Shown one piece after another: positions 49,466 through 61,600 of a DNA stretch of 64,000 nt. Within the stretch, counting starts at the first letter, position 1, and the number at the start of each line of letters is the position of its first letter. Location: positions 310,001 to 374,000 of the forward strand of contig NW_005434649.1 of NCBI RefSeq assembly GCF_000315625.1, read 5' to 3'. A program made the translations under genes and the position numbers. The notes below the pieces were generated by a model. That model saw only the letters and a program-made list of their open reading frames with translations, had not been told where the DNA came from and searched no databases. The stretch comes from Guillardia theta CCMP2712. Its lineage: Eukaryota; Protista; Cryptophyta.

Positions 49466-52400
49466 ATGCGAACTACAGTGATCATGCTTGCGGCATGCGT
49501 AGCCCAAATCATACAATATGGCGATGCCTTCCATGGTGAAGATTGAATGTTTGCTCTCTCCCTTGAAGATCTAACTGGCATCGATAACAGCGCAAGGCCC
49601 AGCAAAGTTTGGGAGTTTTGCACGGCAACAGGCTATCAATCGTAAATGCAATGTAATTTGCAGTTGTCATTGACATTTGATGTCGTGTTGATGTGTATGA
49701 TTGCAGTCATTGCGCATGTCGATCTCAAACAAGAACGACTATCATCAGAATAACGGCGTGAAAGTGGGGAAGAATACTGAGGTGTGAAACAAAGATCTAT
49801 ATGGGCTCGTCGCTTTTTTGACTTCAATCAGATCCAAAAACCGACGGGCTTGACAAATCTGCAAGTCGGGCTGGATTTGGATCAAATAACCGAACATAAG
49901 TAGGCCCTCTGATGCTGATAGCTATCTGGACACTGACATAGCAAAATCGAAGAGGAGCAACCCCGAGTCCTGTGTTCCTTGGAAAGAAGAAGGATGACAT
50001 ACCGTACTGAAGACTACTGCATCTTGCTGTCTCTGACTCGTGGCCAAAAGTTTGGACCTTCCTCTCAAGTTCGAAGACATCTCAAAAGCTGCCTATAAGG
50101 TAACGTCAGCAGGTACATCAGATGTTTTCCTCATTGAAAAGCAGATTCGAGGACATGTGTATCACACTCCGACTACAAAGAATGACGCCTTGAGCGAGAT
50201 CACTGGGTATGAGCAGTTAGAAGCCCATGCGTGTATTGACTGCTGGAATGGACAGAACTGATCTCTGGCTCAAACATGAATACAAACAGTTCACAGGGAG
50301 TTTCAAGGAGAGAGGAGCAAGAAACGCTCTGGAAAAGCTCACAGGTCTTGCATATCTTACCATCTTCTCCTCCTTCGGGGTTATATGATCACAGCCTCAA
50401 TGACATTGCTGTTCTTCCAGATGAGCAGAAGCGAAAAGGAGTCATCGCAGCCAGTGCAGGTGTTTCAGGTCGGCAGCGGCATGAATTTATGTGAAAACTG
50501 GGTACAGGAAATCATGCTCTTGCCCTGTCCTATCATGGAGGATTGATGGTGAGGATAAGCAGCGACCCTTCCTTATGCTGAAAGTCACCTGCAGGGAATT
50601 CCTGTGACTGTCATCATGCCAACGATCGGTATATCGAGTTCTGTGGAGATGAATTTTTTCTCAATTCACGTGAAATCAGCTCCTCTCACGAAGATCGAGA
50701 GATGCAAGAAGCTGGTAGTCCATTTCTCTTCCTTGTCGTCATCCTGTTTGCATGTTGATGATGCTTTTCAAGGGTGCGCGAGTAGTTCTCCACGGCATGC
50801 ACATCGGCGAGGTCGGGAATGAAATGATTGACACTTTCCATGGTGCTGACTTTCTGTGCAGGCTAAGGACCACGCGCTGAACAGCGAGGAGTTCAGGGGA
50901 ATGCAGTACATCAATGGGTATTGCTCGTAGCTGAGACATTGTGCCCTTCCTAACTTGTACTTTAGCTTCGACGATCCTCCTATCTGTGCTGGGGCAGGAA
51001 CTATCGGGCTTGAGATCCTTGAACAGGTCGTCTAGCCTCCAGTTTTGTCGACTTAACTCACTGTTCCTCTTCCTCTTCCTCTCTCCTCCTCCAATGCAGG
51101 TTCCGGATGTAGATGTGATTGTTGTGCCTGTCGGGGGGGCGGGACTCATTGCCGGCATCGCCATGGCCGTCAAGACGTTGAGGCCAGAAGTTCAGGTGAT
51201 GGCACAAGTCAATGAGAAAGATGCTTTACCAATTACATTTTCCATGAACTCTTCTTGACATGTCATTATAACATGTATAACATCAACTGACTCGTGTGTG
51301 CTATGGCAGATCATCGGTGTCGAGCCAGAGAAGGCAGCTTCTTACACCAAAGCATTGGAAGGTGTGAAAGTGATGATGTGTCGCTAAAAGCTGCTCTGAT
51401 TGTAAGGGCTGCAGTTGGAGAGCCAACCCCTGTTACCATCACAAACACTCTCGCAGGTTCCGATACCTACTTCATCCCTTCAGTCTCGCTGAATTTTTTC
51501 CTCAGACGGTCTTGCTGTCCCTACTGTTGGGCCCCATTCTTTCGCTGTCGCCAGGTGCGCAAACGTTGCCGCTCGATCCCGAATTTTTTGACATTCATAC
51601 CAGGCACTTCGTCGACAAGACTGTCTTGGTACCTCATGAGATCAATGATCATGTCATGCGTGAACGCTGCGCTTTCAGATCAATGAGAAGCTGGTTGCCC
51701 TTGCTGTTTTGAGGCTCTTGGAGCATGAACGAGCTGTGGTTGAGGGAGGAGGAGCAGCAGGTCTGAAGAAGAGTCCTCATTTGTCTATCATGCTCTATCA
51801 TGAAGAGTTTCTCCTCCACACTTGTGTTTTCTAGTCTTCGTTCTGTCTGAATGCAAGATGCCAGGCCTTGCTGCTCTCCTTCCAGGAGGACCTCTGGACG
51901 TTCCCCAGATGAAAGGAAAGAAGGTGAAGTACATTGCGGTGGCAGGAAGCTTGTCTGACTGCTACTCAGGTTGTGGTTCCGCTCTGTGGTGGAAACATCG
52001 ACATCACCATGCTCGGGCGAGTTATTGGTGAGGGCAAGGGAGCCGAGAGGGGAGATGATGACGCCATACCAACGCAGAGCGAGGCCTCGCCGCTGATAGA
52101 AGACTTGTGCGCTTTGCGGTGAGATAATGAGCTATTCCTCTACTTCCTCATCATCATCATTGTCGTGTCACCATCATTATCACCGCTACTACCATCATGA
52201 TGATCTGGATGCTGCTGTATTTGTTCTCTAGCTACATCCCTTTCCTTGCTTCATCTCATCACTTGAACAGGCGACTGTCTCCGATCGCCCAGGGGGACTG
52301 GCCGCGCTCACTCAGATCATCTTCTCTGCCGGTCAGACCAGCCAGTGCCATCGCGACCGCATGCTCACTTTCCGCAGGCGCTTCCGTGTGGGATATTGCC

Positions 52401-53074
52401 CATGAGAGAGCATGGCTCCACACCTCTGTGGACCAGGTGGTTAACAAGGTACGTGAAGTTTCCTAATTCTTCACTCCCTCCTCCTCGTTTCCACCTTTAT
52501 GCATGTCCCTGCCGATTGCATCCTTGCTTTATGCCCTTCTCCCCCTCCCTCTCCGTCCTCTCATGCGAACATTTCTTCAGGTTGTTGTCGAAGTCTCCGG
52601 CCACGAGCATGAGATGAGGCTGAAGGCGACCCTGGAGAAGGCCGGGTAATCTAACTTTCCTGCTCCCTCCTGCCCCTCTCCTCCTGCCTCTATCCGTTCC
52701 CGCTGCTCTCCCACCTCCTCCCTCGATCCCTTCCAGCAGCTCTCTTCCCCCAATACCTGCATCCTCGTAAGAGCCTCTCCTGGTCCAGCTCACTGATATG
52801 TGTTGAAGGTACTCGCTTGATTGGGACCTTGGATCCGAGTATGCTTCCAATACGGTGAGTCTCAGAGCGTTGCTTTTCTCTCCACCGCCCTGGCTGAATC
52901 TCCCTTCTCCTCAACGTCCTCAACCTCGTTCGACTTCCTACGTTGGCTTTCTACCTCTTCATCCTCCTGTCTCAACTGTCATCATCCAACCACCTGCCCC
53001 CCTTCTCTTGTTCTGATGGCTTCCCACAGGCCCCAAACTTCCCGGGCTATCGCCCTGACATTGCAAAGAAGTGA
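49466..53074 (+). CDS. ilvA: Threonine ammonia-lyase (threonine dehydratase), predicted plastid-targeted, many short exons
   Basis: PLP-lysine motif KHEYKQFTGSFKERGA, ASAGNHA, VPVGGAGLIAG, VVEGGGAAG, LCGGNID and an ACT-like tail (SDRPGGLAAL..DIAHERAW). N-terminus MRTTVIMLAACVAQIIQYGDA-F...SLRMS resembles a bipartite signal+transit peptide. Confidence 0.9.
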
Positions 53075-53172
53075 AGGAAGTCATTTCCTCCACGTGCTAT
53101 GGCATCAATGACTTCACTGTACAAATAATCCCATGCGACATCTAGACTTTGTGAGGTGTAAACAAGAATCTT

Positions 53173-53814
53173 TCAGATCTCCTCTTTCTCTGCCTCTCTG
53201 CATGTCAATCATCATCAGGCGCTCGATCGCCTCCTCCTCCCTAACAAACCTCTCTGTGAAGATGTAGACGTCGTTGGACCACAACCCTCCCCGCCCATTG
53301 ACGCACTGCAAGAGCCAGTTGATCATGGAAATCGCTGGAGAAGGGAGGACGAAGCAGGTGGTTGCGTAGGAGGACGAGGCGAGGGAAAGTGGAAGGTGGG
53401 GGGGAGGAGGAGGTCTATACATCATAAGGCGGCGACATGTTCTCAGCCTCTCCGAACATGTTGTACCTGCGATATTGCAGACTTTACTCTCTCCTGCCAG
53501 CCCTCACAGTCTGCTTACCTTGTGAGCATGTTCTCAGACCCTCCGCACCATCCGCCATCCTGCCCGAAAGGTCGACGAGTCAGCGGGAAGGGATAGAGGA
53601 AGGCGACTGCTCTTGCACTTGCCTGCAGGACAAACCCAGGGAGTTTTCTGTCCCATGCCACTTGCGCGCAGCTGTTGATGGGGGCACGTCTGAAGCGATA
53701 GTTGTCGTTCAGCCTCGCGTCCGTGTGCTCCAGAGACGGGATCACCCGCTCTCCTCCTCCTGGTGCCGAGAGAGCAGGTGAAAGAGGAGTTACATCGAGG
53801 AGGAGAGGGGAACA

Positions 53815-53848
<34 letters not shown>

Positions 53849-54070
53849 AGACCACGAAGGAGGAGGAGCCATAGCAGGGCAAGAGCAACGAGAACAAGGG
53901 CAAGGATAGGACAAGGGCAAGGACAAGGACGATTTAGTTGTAACCCTCCTTATCCTCTTCGTTCACTCACCCATGTCCGCATCGCGATAGCATCCGACTC
54001 TCTTGTACCTCGGCGCCGCCATGGCAGTAGCAGCAATAGCAGCCAAGACCATGAACTTGAAGATGCTCAT
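53173..54070 (-). CDS. Small secreted Cys-containing protein with one WSC-related domain
   Basis: Spliced: MSIFKFMVLAAIAATAMAAPRYKRVGCYRDADMGGGERVIPSLEHTDARLNDNYRFRRAPINSCAQVAWDRKLPGFVLQDGGWCGGSENMLTRYNMFGEAENMSPPYDCVNGRGGLWSNDVYIFTEREAEKEEI; requires a GC-AG intron at 53560-53622. Confidence 0.75.
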
Positions 54071-54360
54071 GACGACGCCAAGATAGTCAGCAGAAGAGGG
54101 AGGAGGACGGAGGCAGAGGAGGAGGAAGAGGAGGAGAAGAGGAGGAGGAAGAGGATGCCAAACAATTTTTCATGGTGGAGAAGCGTTGTCGTGATTCGAT
54201 CAACCATCGAACGTTATTTCTACTTTATTGCCGATTTCATTAGAAGAGTTCTTGAATCCACAACAGTGAATCAATTAAACATTCCTCAAAAAAGCAAAGA
54301 TAAATTTAAAGAAATGGTATCAGTTTGAAGTGCACAAGTTGGCAACAGGGTTTCATGAAA

Positions 54361-54793
54361 AGTGATCACGTGACTTCATGTAAAGTGATCACATGACTTC
54401 ACATGAAGTCATGTGATCACTGTTTGGCTTTCTGATAGGAGCTGATTTCATAATTCGCATTGCGCATTGGCATATCATCATGTCGAGATTGATGCAGAGC
54501 TCCTACAAGGCTCTCCGTGCTCCGGTCAATACTTGCTGTCAGTGTCTGCATACTGAATTCTTGCAAAGAATTGCATCCGGAGCGATAGTCGTCTGCTTCT
54601 TGACAGATGTGGCCTGACATGTGTTAGCACTGTTGCCCACTGACGTATCTCAGTTCGGTCGGTGAAGGGCATGTTTTATAAGTTCTATTGGGTGAGTGGC
54701 TTGCTCATGAGATAGTTGTTTAGCAGCAGCAACAACATTGCTGCTGCTAAACAACTATTCTCGGCACGATGTCATATATTATGACATCGTGCC
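54361..54793. other. Cluster of three perfect inverted repeats (18, 21 and 14 bp stems)
   Basis: 54384-54421, 54712-54758 and 54763-54793 checked base by base. Confidence 0.9.
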
Positions 54794-55135
54794 ATGTTTC
54801 CTCACCATCTCCATACGGTTGAGAATTATTCCCAGAACCACCGGAAGTCTTGGACATCAGACAGCAACACCTCTGTTGTTTCTCGAGTCTGCTGCTTGTC
54901 AGGCTCAATCAGACCTGGCTGTGTGAGAGAATTTGACGCACATACAGCGTCGTTTCCCTGATCAGCCATTGCGTCGTCGTGCACGTTTCAAATCGAAAGG
55001 CTCCCCCCAATCTGGGTAGGTCCTTCATCTAAAATTGCTATTTCTTTCTCAGTGCACCATACATGCTTTTAAATTTTCGAAATCTATCCGTTTGGTGCGC
55101 CAAAAAAAAGATTAGGGACGCTTTGGGATGTAAAA

Positions 55136-55167
55136 TCACGTGCGGCTCACTGATTGGCGAGGGGACA
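55136..55167 (+). promoter_or_regulatory. Candidate promoter elements: E/G-box CACGTG next to a reverse CCAAT box
   Basis: tcacgtgcggctcactgattgg ~450 bp upstream of ATG 55612; motif match only. Confidence 0.3.
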
Positions 55168-55611
55168 TGACAATTTCGCTTGTATATCTATATAGATTTC
55201 AAATCGATTTAAAAGCGTTGGGCGACTGGTTAAAGGGGTGTCAAAAACTGACCCAATAATTTCACAAGGGCCGTTTCTGTTTTTGTAAAGCAATACTCCC
55301 CACGAAGACTCCCCATGAAGACATGTCAGTACTGTTCCTTTTTAAAATGGTCCTAGTTGAGCTGTGAAGTTTGTACCAACACCCCCTGTGACCCCCGAGT
55401 TTAGGGGGTGGTCATCATGTCAAATGTGCCCCCTACCACCTAGAAATACTGCAGCTTTGACTTGACCCCTCCTAGTACGAAATGGTCCACAAGGACCCGT
55501 ACCCCCTCAGTCACCGACATTTCTCATTTTGTACCATGACCCCGAGAAGAACCTACTTTCTCTCTGCCTCCTTCAGGGCCTCCTCCTCGCGCGTGCGCTG
55601 CGCTGGACGCC

Positions 55612-58600
55612 ATGCCCGCCCACATGCATGGGCTACAGGTGCTCCTGTTCTTCTGTTGTTGAGCTCGTATGCTGACCTTTCTTTAGGCGATCTTGCTGCT
55701 CATTCAGTTGATGAGCAACCCTTTGCATGCCGCTGTCTTCACGCAATCTGGGATGAAGTACACAGTCGCGGAAACGGCCCAGCTTCAGATGGAAGGAGGG
55801 ACCTCTGATTTGAAAGCTACTGATCTCAAGATTTACTGGGGATCGCTGGGAGCGTGGAGCAAAGGGAATGATATTCTTGCGTCCAACACAGTCATCGAGG
55901 TGTATCTCCCGCGATTCACGGGAGGATCGAACCTCTTCGGTGCATACAGGTCGGACAGCTCGGAGACCAACGTCATGTGGATGAAGCAAAGTCGAGTGAT
56001 TACAATATCCGAAAGCATTTCCAAGACATGGGGGACAGGTCTTCCTGTCTCCAGCCAATTTTCCTTTGAGAATGGTCCTGGGGTAGGAGGATGCTTTGGA
56101 ATAACACAGGATCTCTCATCGAATGCGTTTGATCTCAAGCAGCTCAATGCAAGCTCCTTCTCCATGTGTCACTGGGACTCGCAGAAAGAGACTCTTCGTT
56201 TGCTGATGTCCTCCTCAAAGCCCATCACAGGCGTGTACATCAGCAAGGTCTCAATGTACCAGAACTACGATGTCCATGGAAAGCAGAATGGTCTGGGCCC
56301 ATTGCCGCCCATCGGAGGTATTGATGAGCAGTGGTATCAGCTAGCAAATGTGGCTGTGTATCAGGCTTTGGGATCTTTGCAAGGCTGCGCGGTGGAGGCG
56401 ATCAGTGACTTCCCGTCGACGGCTTGCACCAGCGATCTCCTGGTATATCAAGTTCCTTTCGATCAGTATCGGTCAGTGAGGTTCGGGACAGACCATCCCC
56501 CCATCCCTACCAGAAAAGGAGCTGGAGGCGTGGGCACCGTAGCTCCTCCCGCTTTCGTGTATGCAGCAGCGTCAGGGAACAATGACGGGCCGAACCAACC
56601 TGTATGCATCACCGTCACTCTGATCAGCTCGACCACTCTCTACTCAGCTGCCGTCAACCCAACCACCATCACCTTGACAGGACTGATTGGATCCTCGAGT
56701 GCTAGTCAGCCCATTCAGCTCTTTCAAAACAAATGTCAATGCCAAGGCTCAAGCCCTGTGCAGGACTTGATGCCTGCGAGGTTTCGAACTTCAACCACCA
56801 TCAACCATGTCGGCTCAGCAGACTTCAAGGCCGACGGAACCCTGACCTTTCAACTCATACCCGGGTACTACATTCAAGCTGGAGAGGTCCTGACCTTCTC
56901 GTTTGGTCTGTTGACGGGTGGAAACACGCAGGTCTCACAAGAATTGAAGGTGTCATTGTCCGGGCAAGCGTGTCTAGCTAATGATTTCTGCACGTCATCA
57001 AAGTCAGTAGCAATCAAGATTCCACCAACTCCATTCCACTCGTCGTCGAGGATCTTAGAGGTGGTTGGCAAGAAGCTGAAGGTGTCGATGTTTCAAAGCT
57101 CAAGCGATCCTGGCTCATGGACCAACATCTTTGTGACGCTCCGGCCCAACTTCAACGTTGAGGTTGGGTCTGTCATCAGCATTCAGGGACTCTGCGGCAC
57201 GCAGAGCAAGTCAGCGTACGTGACTCTAGTCAGCAACAGAATCAACGGCGGTACTCCGTTGACCGACAAGTGCACTGGCAACCCTACCGAGGTTGACCTC
57301 GCAGACTACTGGCCGGGCTCAAGGATGGATTGGAACGGAGGACCCCTCAAGATCACTGTGGCGAGCAGCTTGAGCCTCGTTGCTCAAGGTACCTACGCTC
57401 TTTCATGGACTTGGAAGAACCTGAACCTGGCTCATTCGGCGTGCTCGATGACTGTCAGCATGCTGAAAGCAGGCGATGTCGTGAGCGCTGAGGCTGTGGA
57501 GAACATCGGCAACACAGTCGGCTATGTACAAGCTCCTGGGTTTATCAAGTACAAGATCGGTCAATCTACTACTCGCCCTGACGTTGTGAACTACATTTGT
57601 GTGACGCTGAGAAGCAATTTCCGAGTTTCGACACTGTCCAATAGTCAAGGACAAAACAACTTGGCTCAGATCACCATCTCAGGGCTGCAGGGATCTCAAA
57701 CAACAACAGCATTGTATTTGAAGGCTTGTCCGTCATATGACTGGAGCCTGATGCAGCTACAACCTGAGTCTGAGCCGCCAACAGCTCATTTCGTAGATAA
57801 GATAACTGGAGGAACACTTCATCGTACTTCAAGCTGGTCTTCTGGATCAGCCGTGTTGACCGTCAATCAGGATGACGTTGCAAATCAAGTCTATTATTCC
57901 ATTCCTCAGCAGCAGGACATCGTGTTTGCTCTGATGCTGAAGAACCCGAAGGTCTCCAACCCCTGTCAGTCAGTCACGATGAGCTTCTCTGGTGTCGGCC
58001 CTGGCGACCACCTGGTCACACAAACAGTGAGCATGGTGCAGAATCCTGTGGATAGGGCCCTCGAGGACGGCGAGACAGACGGGGACGTGTGTGTGCTCAA
58101 GACTTACGATTACAATTTTCCTACTCGAGTGATCGCTCAGTCGACTTCAGTTGTTCAGGAGAAGAACATCATTACAGTCACGTTGAGGTCCAACATGGAC
58201 CTATTGAGCTCGGTCTACAGTCCGCAGATCACCATCTCTGGTCTCACGGGAACTGACACCACCATAACATCATTGTCTGCTTCTGCCATCACAGACCAGT
58301 ATTTCCCCAACATTCAGAAGTCCAGCTGGGACCATGCACGAGGCGAGCTTGTAATTACCCTCGCTCCAGGGGCCTGTCAGCTACCTGTCAAAGGTCAGCC
58401 CTCTAATTGTATGTACGCTGGATGGACCTATGCGTGGAGTTACGTCTACAGGAATGGCATTACGGAGCAGGCCAGCCCTCCAGTGTCAATATCATGTCAG
58501 TTTGCTCAAAGCAAGCTGACAAGCCCACAGCCGATGGCTTCACCAATGCGCCAAGACTTGCATGTGCTCTACTTGACGAGGAAGCTGCTCAACAAGTATG

Positions 58601-61600
58601 ACATCGGGCAGCTGAACCCTTCTCCTGGTGCTGTCAACCCTGTTTGCATTACCTTGAGACCCAGCAAGTCTATCAGTGCCCCAACGACCTTCACTCTCAC
58701 GGGCTTGAACATGTTCTCTTCTGGTACCAAAGTTGCCTTGTACGATGAGTTTGGCGTATCGCCTCTTACCAGTGGGTTGTTTCAGTCAGTGGGTGAAAGC
58801 CCGCAAGACAACTATGTGACATATGACAAGTCGACCATACAGTTTCAGCTGGCTCCGTCACAATCGCTGCAGCAGGACATCAAGTACAAGTTTTGTTTCC
58901 AGCTCACTAACTCGAAGACAGGGCAGACGACTTGCCCTCAGGTCTCGTTGACAGTAGCTTCAACATCAGCTCCTGCCGTGTTCCAAGGAGCTCAATCGTA
59001 TCTCTGCTCGAATGACATGACCAGGAAGGTCAGCGGCTACACTTCTGAGCCGTCAGGGTGCGCGGGCTACATATCCGATCGCAAGTTCATCTCGTCCAAC
59101 ATCAGGTCGGGGTCGAACGTGACTGGCAGCACTGTCTGGTTGACGATGGAGCTACAGCCTAACTATCCACTTGCCTCGGGTCAGACTATCACCGTTGGCT
59201 CGTTCGTGAGCATGAAGAATGCTGGATCTTCGGACATTCCATGTACGATAGTTAGGAACGCGCAGGTTGTCAATGCCGTTACCAATCAGCGTTCTAAAGG
59301 AATTGTACCTCCCGCTGTGTTCAACAGCGTATGCAAGTACATTGACAACACGATTCAGATCTCCTGCACTGGGGCTTCAACGCAGTACTCATCTTCCATG
59401 TACGACCCGTTCTACAATCTGAATGCTCGACGATCCAAAGGTTTGTACAAGGTGGAGGTCACAGCGGGAGGGTCGGGGTATCAGTCTGCTAGTGTGATCA
59501 TATGTGATGTTACGCCTGGAGCCGAGTTCTGGACGATACCGGCATGCACAGCTGCTGGGGTAGTGTTTGCTGCGGGCACCTCTGCTTCAGCTACTGCCAA
59601 CGTGATCTCCGGTGCAGTGACTTCTATCAGCCTGACGGCACCTGGGTCAGGCTATACGCTCCCTCCTCAGGTTTTTATTGTCGATCCCTCGGGCTCAGGG
59701 AGCGGTGCTCAAGCCGAAGCCTTCATTTATGATCACTCTATTTACACAGTTCAGCTGCAGCTGGTGAACCAGAACACTGCTGCCAGCGCTCAAGCTTTGA
59801 CCGTTACGTCGGGGTCGTCGTTTGTGTCTGCAACTCTTGACAGTGGATACGAGGTGCAAGCCGAGGCTAGCTTGCGGATCTCAGAGCAGACCAGCTCAGA
59901 GGTTGTCTTCACAGTCACTCCCGAGCAAAACCTGTACGAGGGCGACATGCTGCTTGTCAACTTGCCCGCCTATGACGTTGTCACTGGTCCCATCTTTGGC
60001 GTCACCTCCTCTCCCAACCCTGCCTTCACCACCTTCGGAACGCAGCTGGAGTGGGAGCTCAACTACCACCAGGAGAATAGAGCTCGAGCATATGTCAGCA
60101 ACGGCTGGGTGGCAGACGGAAACAGACATCGGTCAGGGGACGGAGATGTCGACGGTCTGTTTGTGCTCTCGCCTGATGATGATGGCTACAACAAGAACAA
60201 GGACCTGTGCTGGAGCCGAGTGTCTTGCCCCTGGGGTCTACCAGACAGCAACGCCCTCTTCGGGACATCGACGACGCTGATGCTGACGAAGGTGACGAAC
60301 GGAGCCTCGTCGTCTCTGGGATACACGCAAGACATCTGCTACAGAAACAGCAGCATCAACCTGCTTCACCCTTCGGACTATGTCGGCATGCAGCTCAGGT
60401 GCCGTAACAATCAGCACACTGTGACGGCCGGCGGTCAAGTCACGAGCGTGCGAGTGCGACACGGAGGCCTAGCGGTCGTCAGCGGGAAATACTCGGAGAG
60501 CTCGGGTGTTTCAGGCGCTGCCCCTACATTCGTGGCATCTGGAGCAACAGACGCGGCGACGGGGACGCTGCTGTACCAGGTGGTGGGAGTACAGTTCATG
60601 TCGGGCAGCTTGTTGGCAGCTGGGGACAGCATTGTCTTCGATTCTACCTACCAAGTGCTGCCGGCAAACGCTACCGTCTCTTCTCTGTACAACAGCAGAC
60701 CAGCTGTGCATGTCACTGCCTCGGGCCTGTACTCTGGTTATCCGTTTGCAACTGTGTCAGGGAAGAACACCGAGTTGCGAGTGCTCGTGACTGTGGCGAG
60801 TGCGAGAATAACGTCTCAAGGCAGCGGGTATACTGCTATTCCCTCTATCTCCACCTCTCTCAAGCCAGGCGTCGCCTTGCCCGCCGCAGTCCAGCAGCTT
60901 GAGCTACCTCTGTTTGATGTTTCCCTTACCAACGTCACCGGTACGGTCATTACCCAGTCTATCCTCGACTACATCCCAGCACGACAATGCTTCGTGGTTG
61001 CAGAAGAGTTCCCGACGTCGTTTCTGAGCGACTGTCAGGTTGCGCCCAAGGAGCAAGTTGGTCGATACACCGGCATGACGGCAATGATCGGATCCAACGA
61101 GTACGTGATCAAGCAGGGAGCAGGTGGCGTCTACTGGGTGACGGACCTCAAGGGCAACAAGCCCAGAAGCATCGACCTGTCGAACAAGCCCTACACCATC
61201 TACACTCAGATGCAGCTGCAGGTGGCGAAGGGGAAGTGGATCAGGCAGGGCGAGAGCATTAGCATCAGCATTCCAAGCTACAGGTTCCGGTCGGTTCCAA
61301 GCGATACGAATGCGTTCATCACTCGCTCTACTGACGATGCCTCCAAGACGATCAAGGAGAGGACTAGATTTCAGTTTGCCTCTCCCATTAGCTTTCGAAA
61401 CGTGAGAGTATCGGGCTCAGCTGCTTCGCGGATGCTTCTGTTCGGCGGAGGCATGTCATCAGGCGACAGTTGTACCATCCAAGGAAGCGACATCGAGGGA
61501 CCGCAGGCCACGGACGGGCTGACGGTCAACAACGCTCAGACTATGACAACCGTCGGAGGGAGCGAACCTGTTTTTGCTCCTCCTTCTACTTGGGGCTCTG

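Noticed and set aside
49385-49560. Minus-strand peptide SIFTMEGIAILYDL resembling the family motif LLFTSEANLVLD
   Set aside because: It is the antisense of the ilvA signal-peptide exon and intron, and lacks the N-terminal ELxxxCG motif; chance similarity
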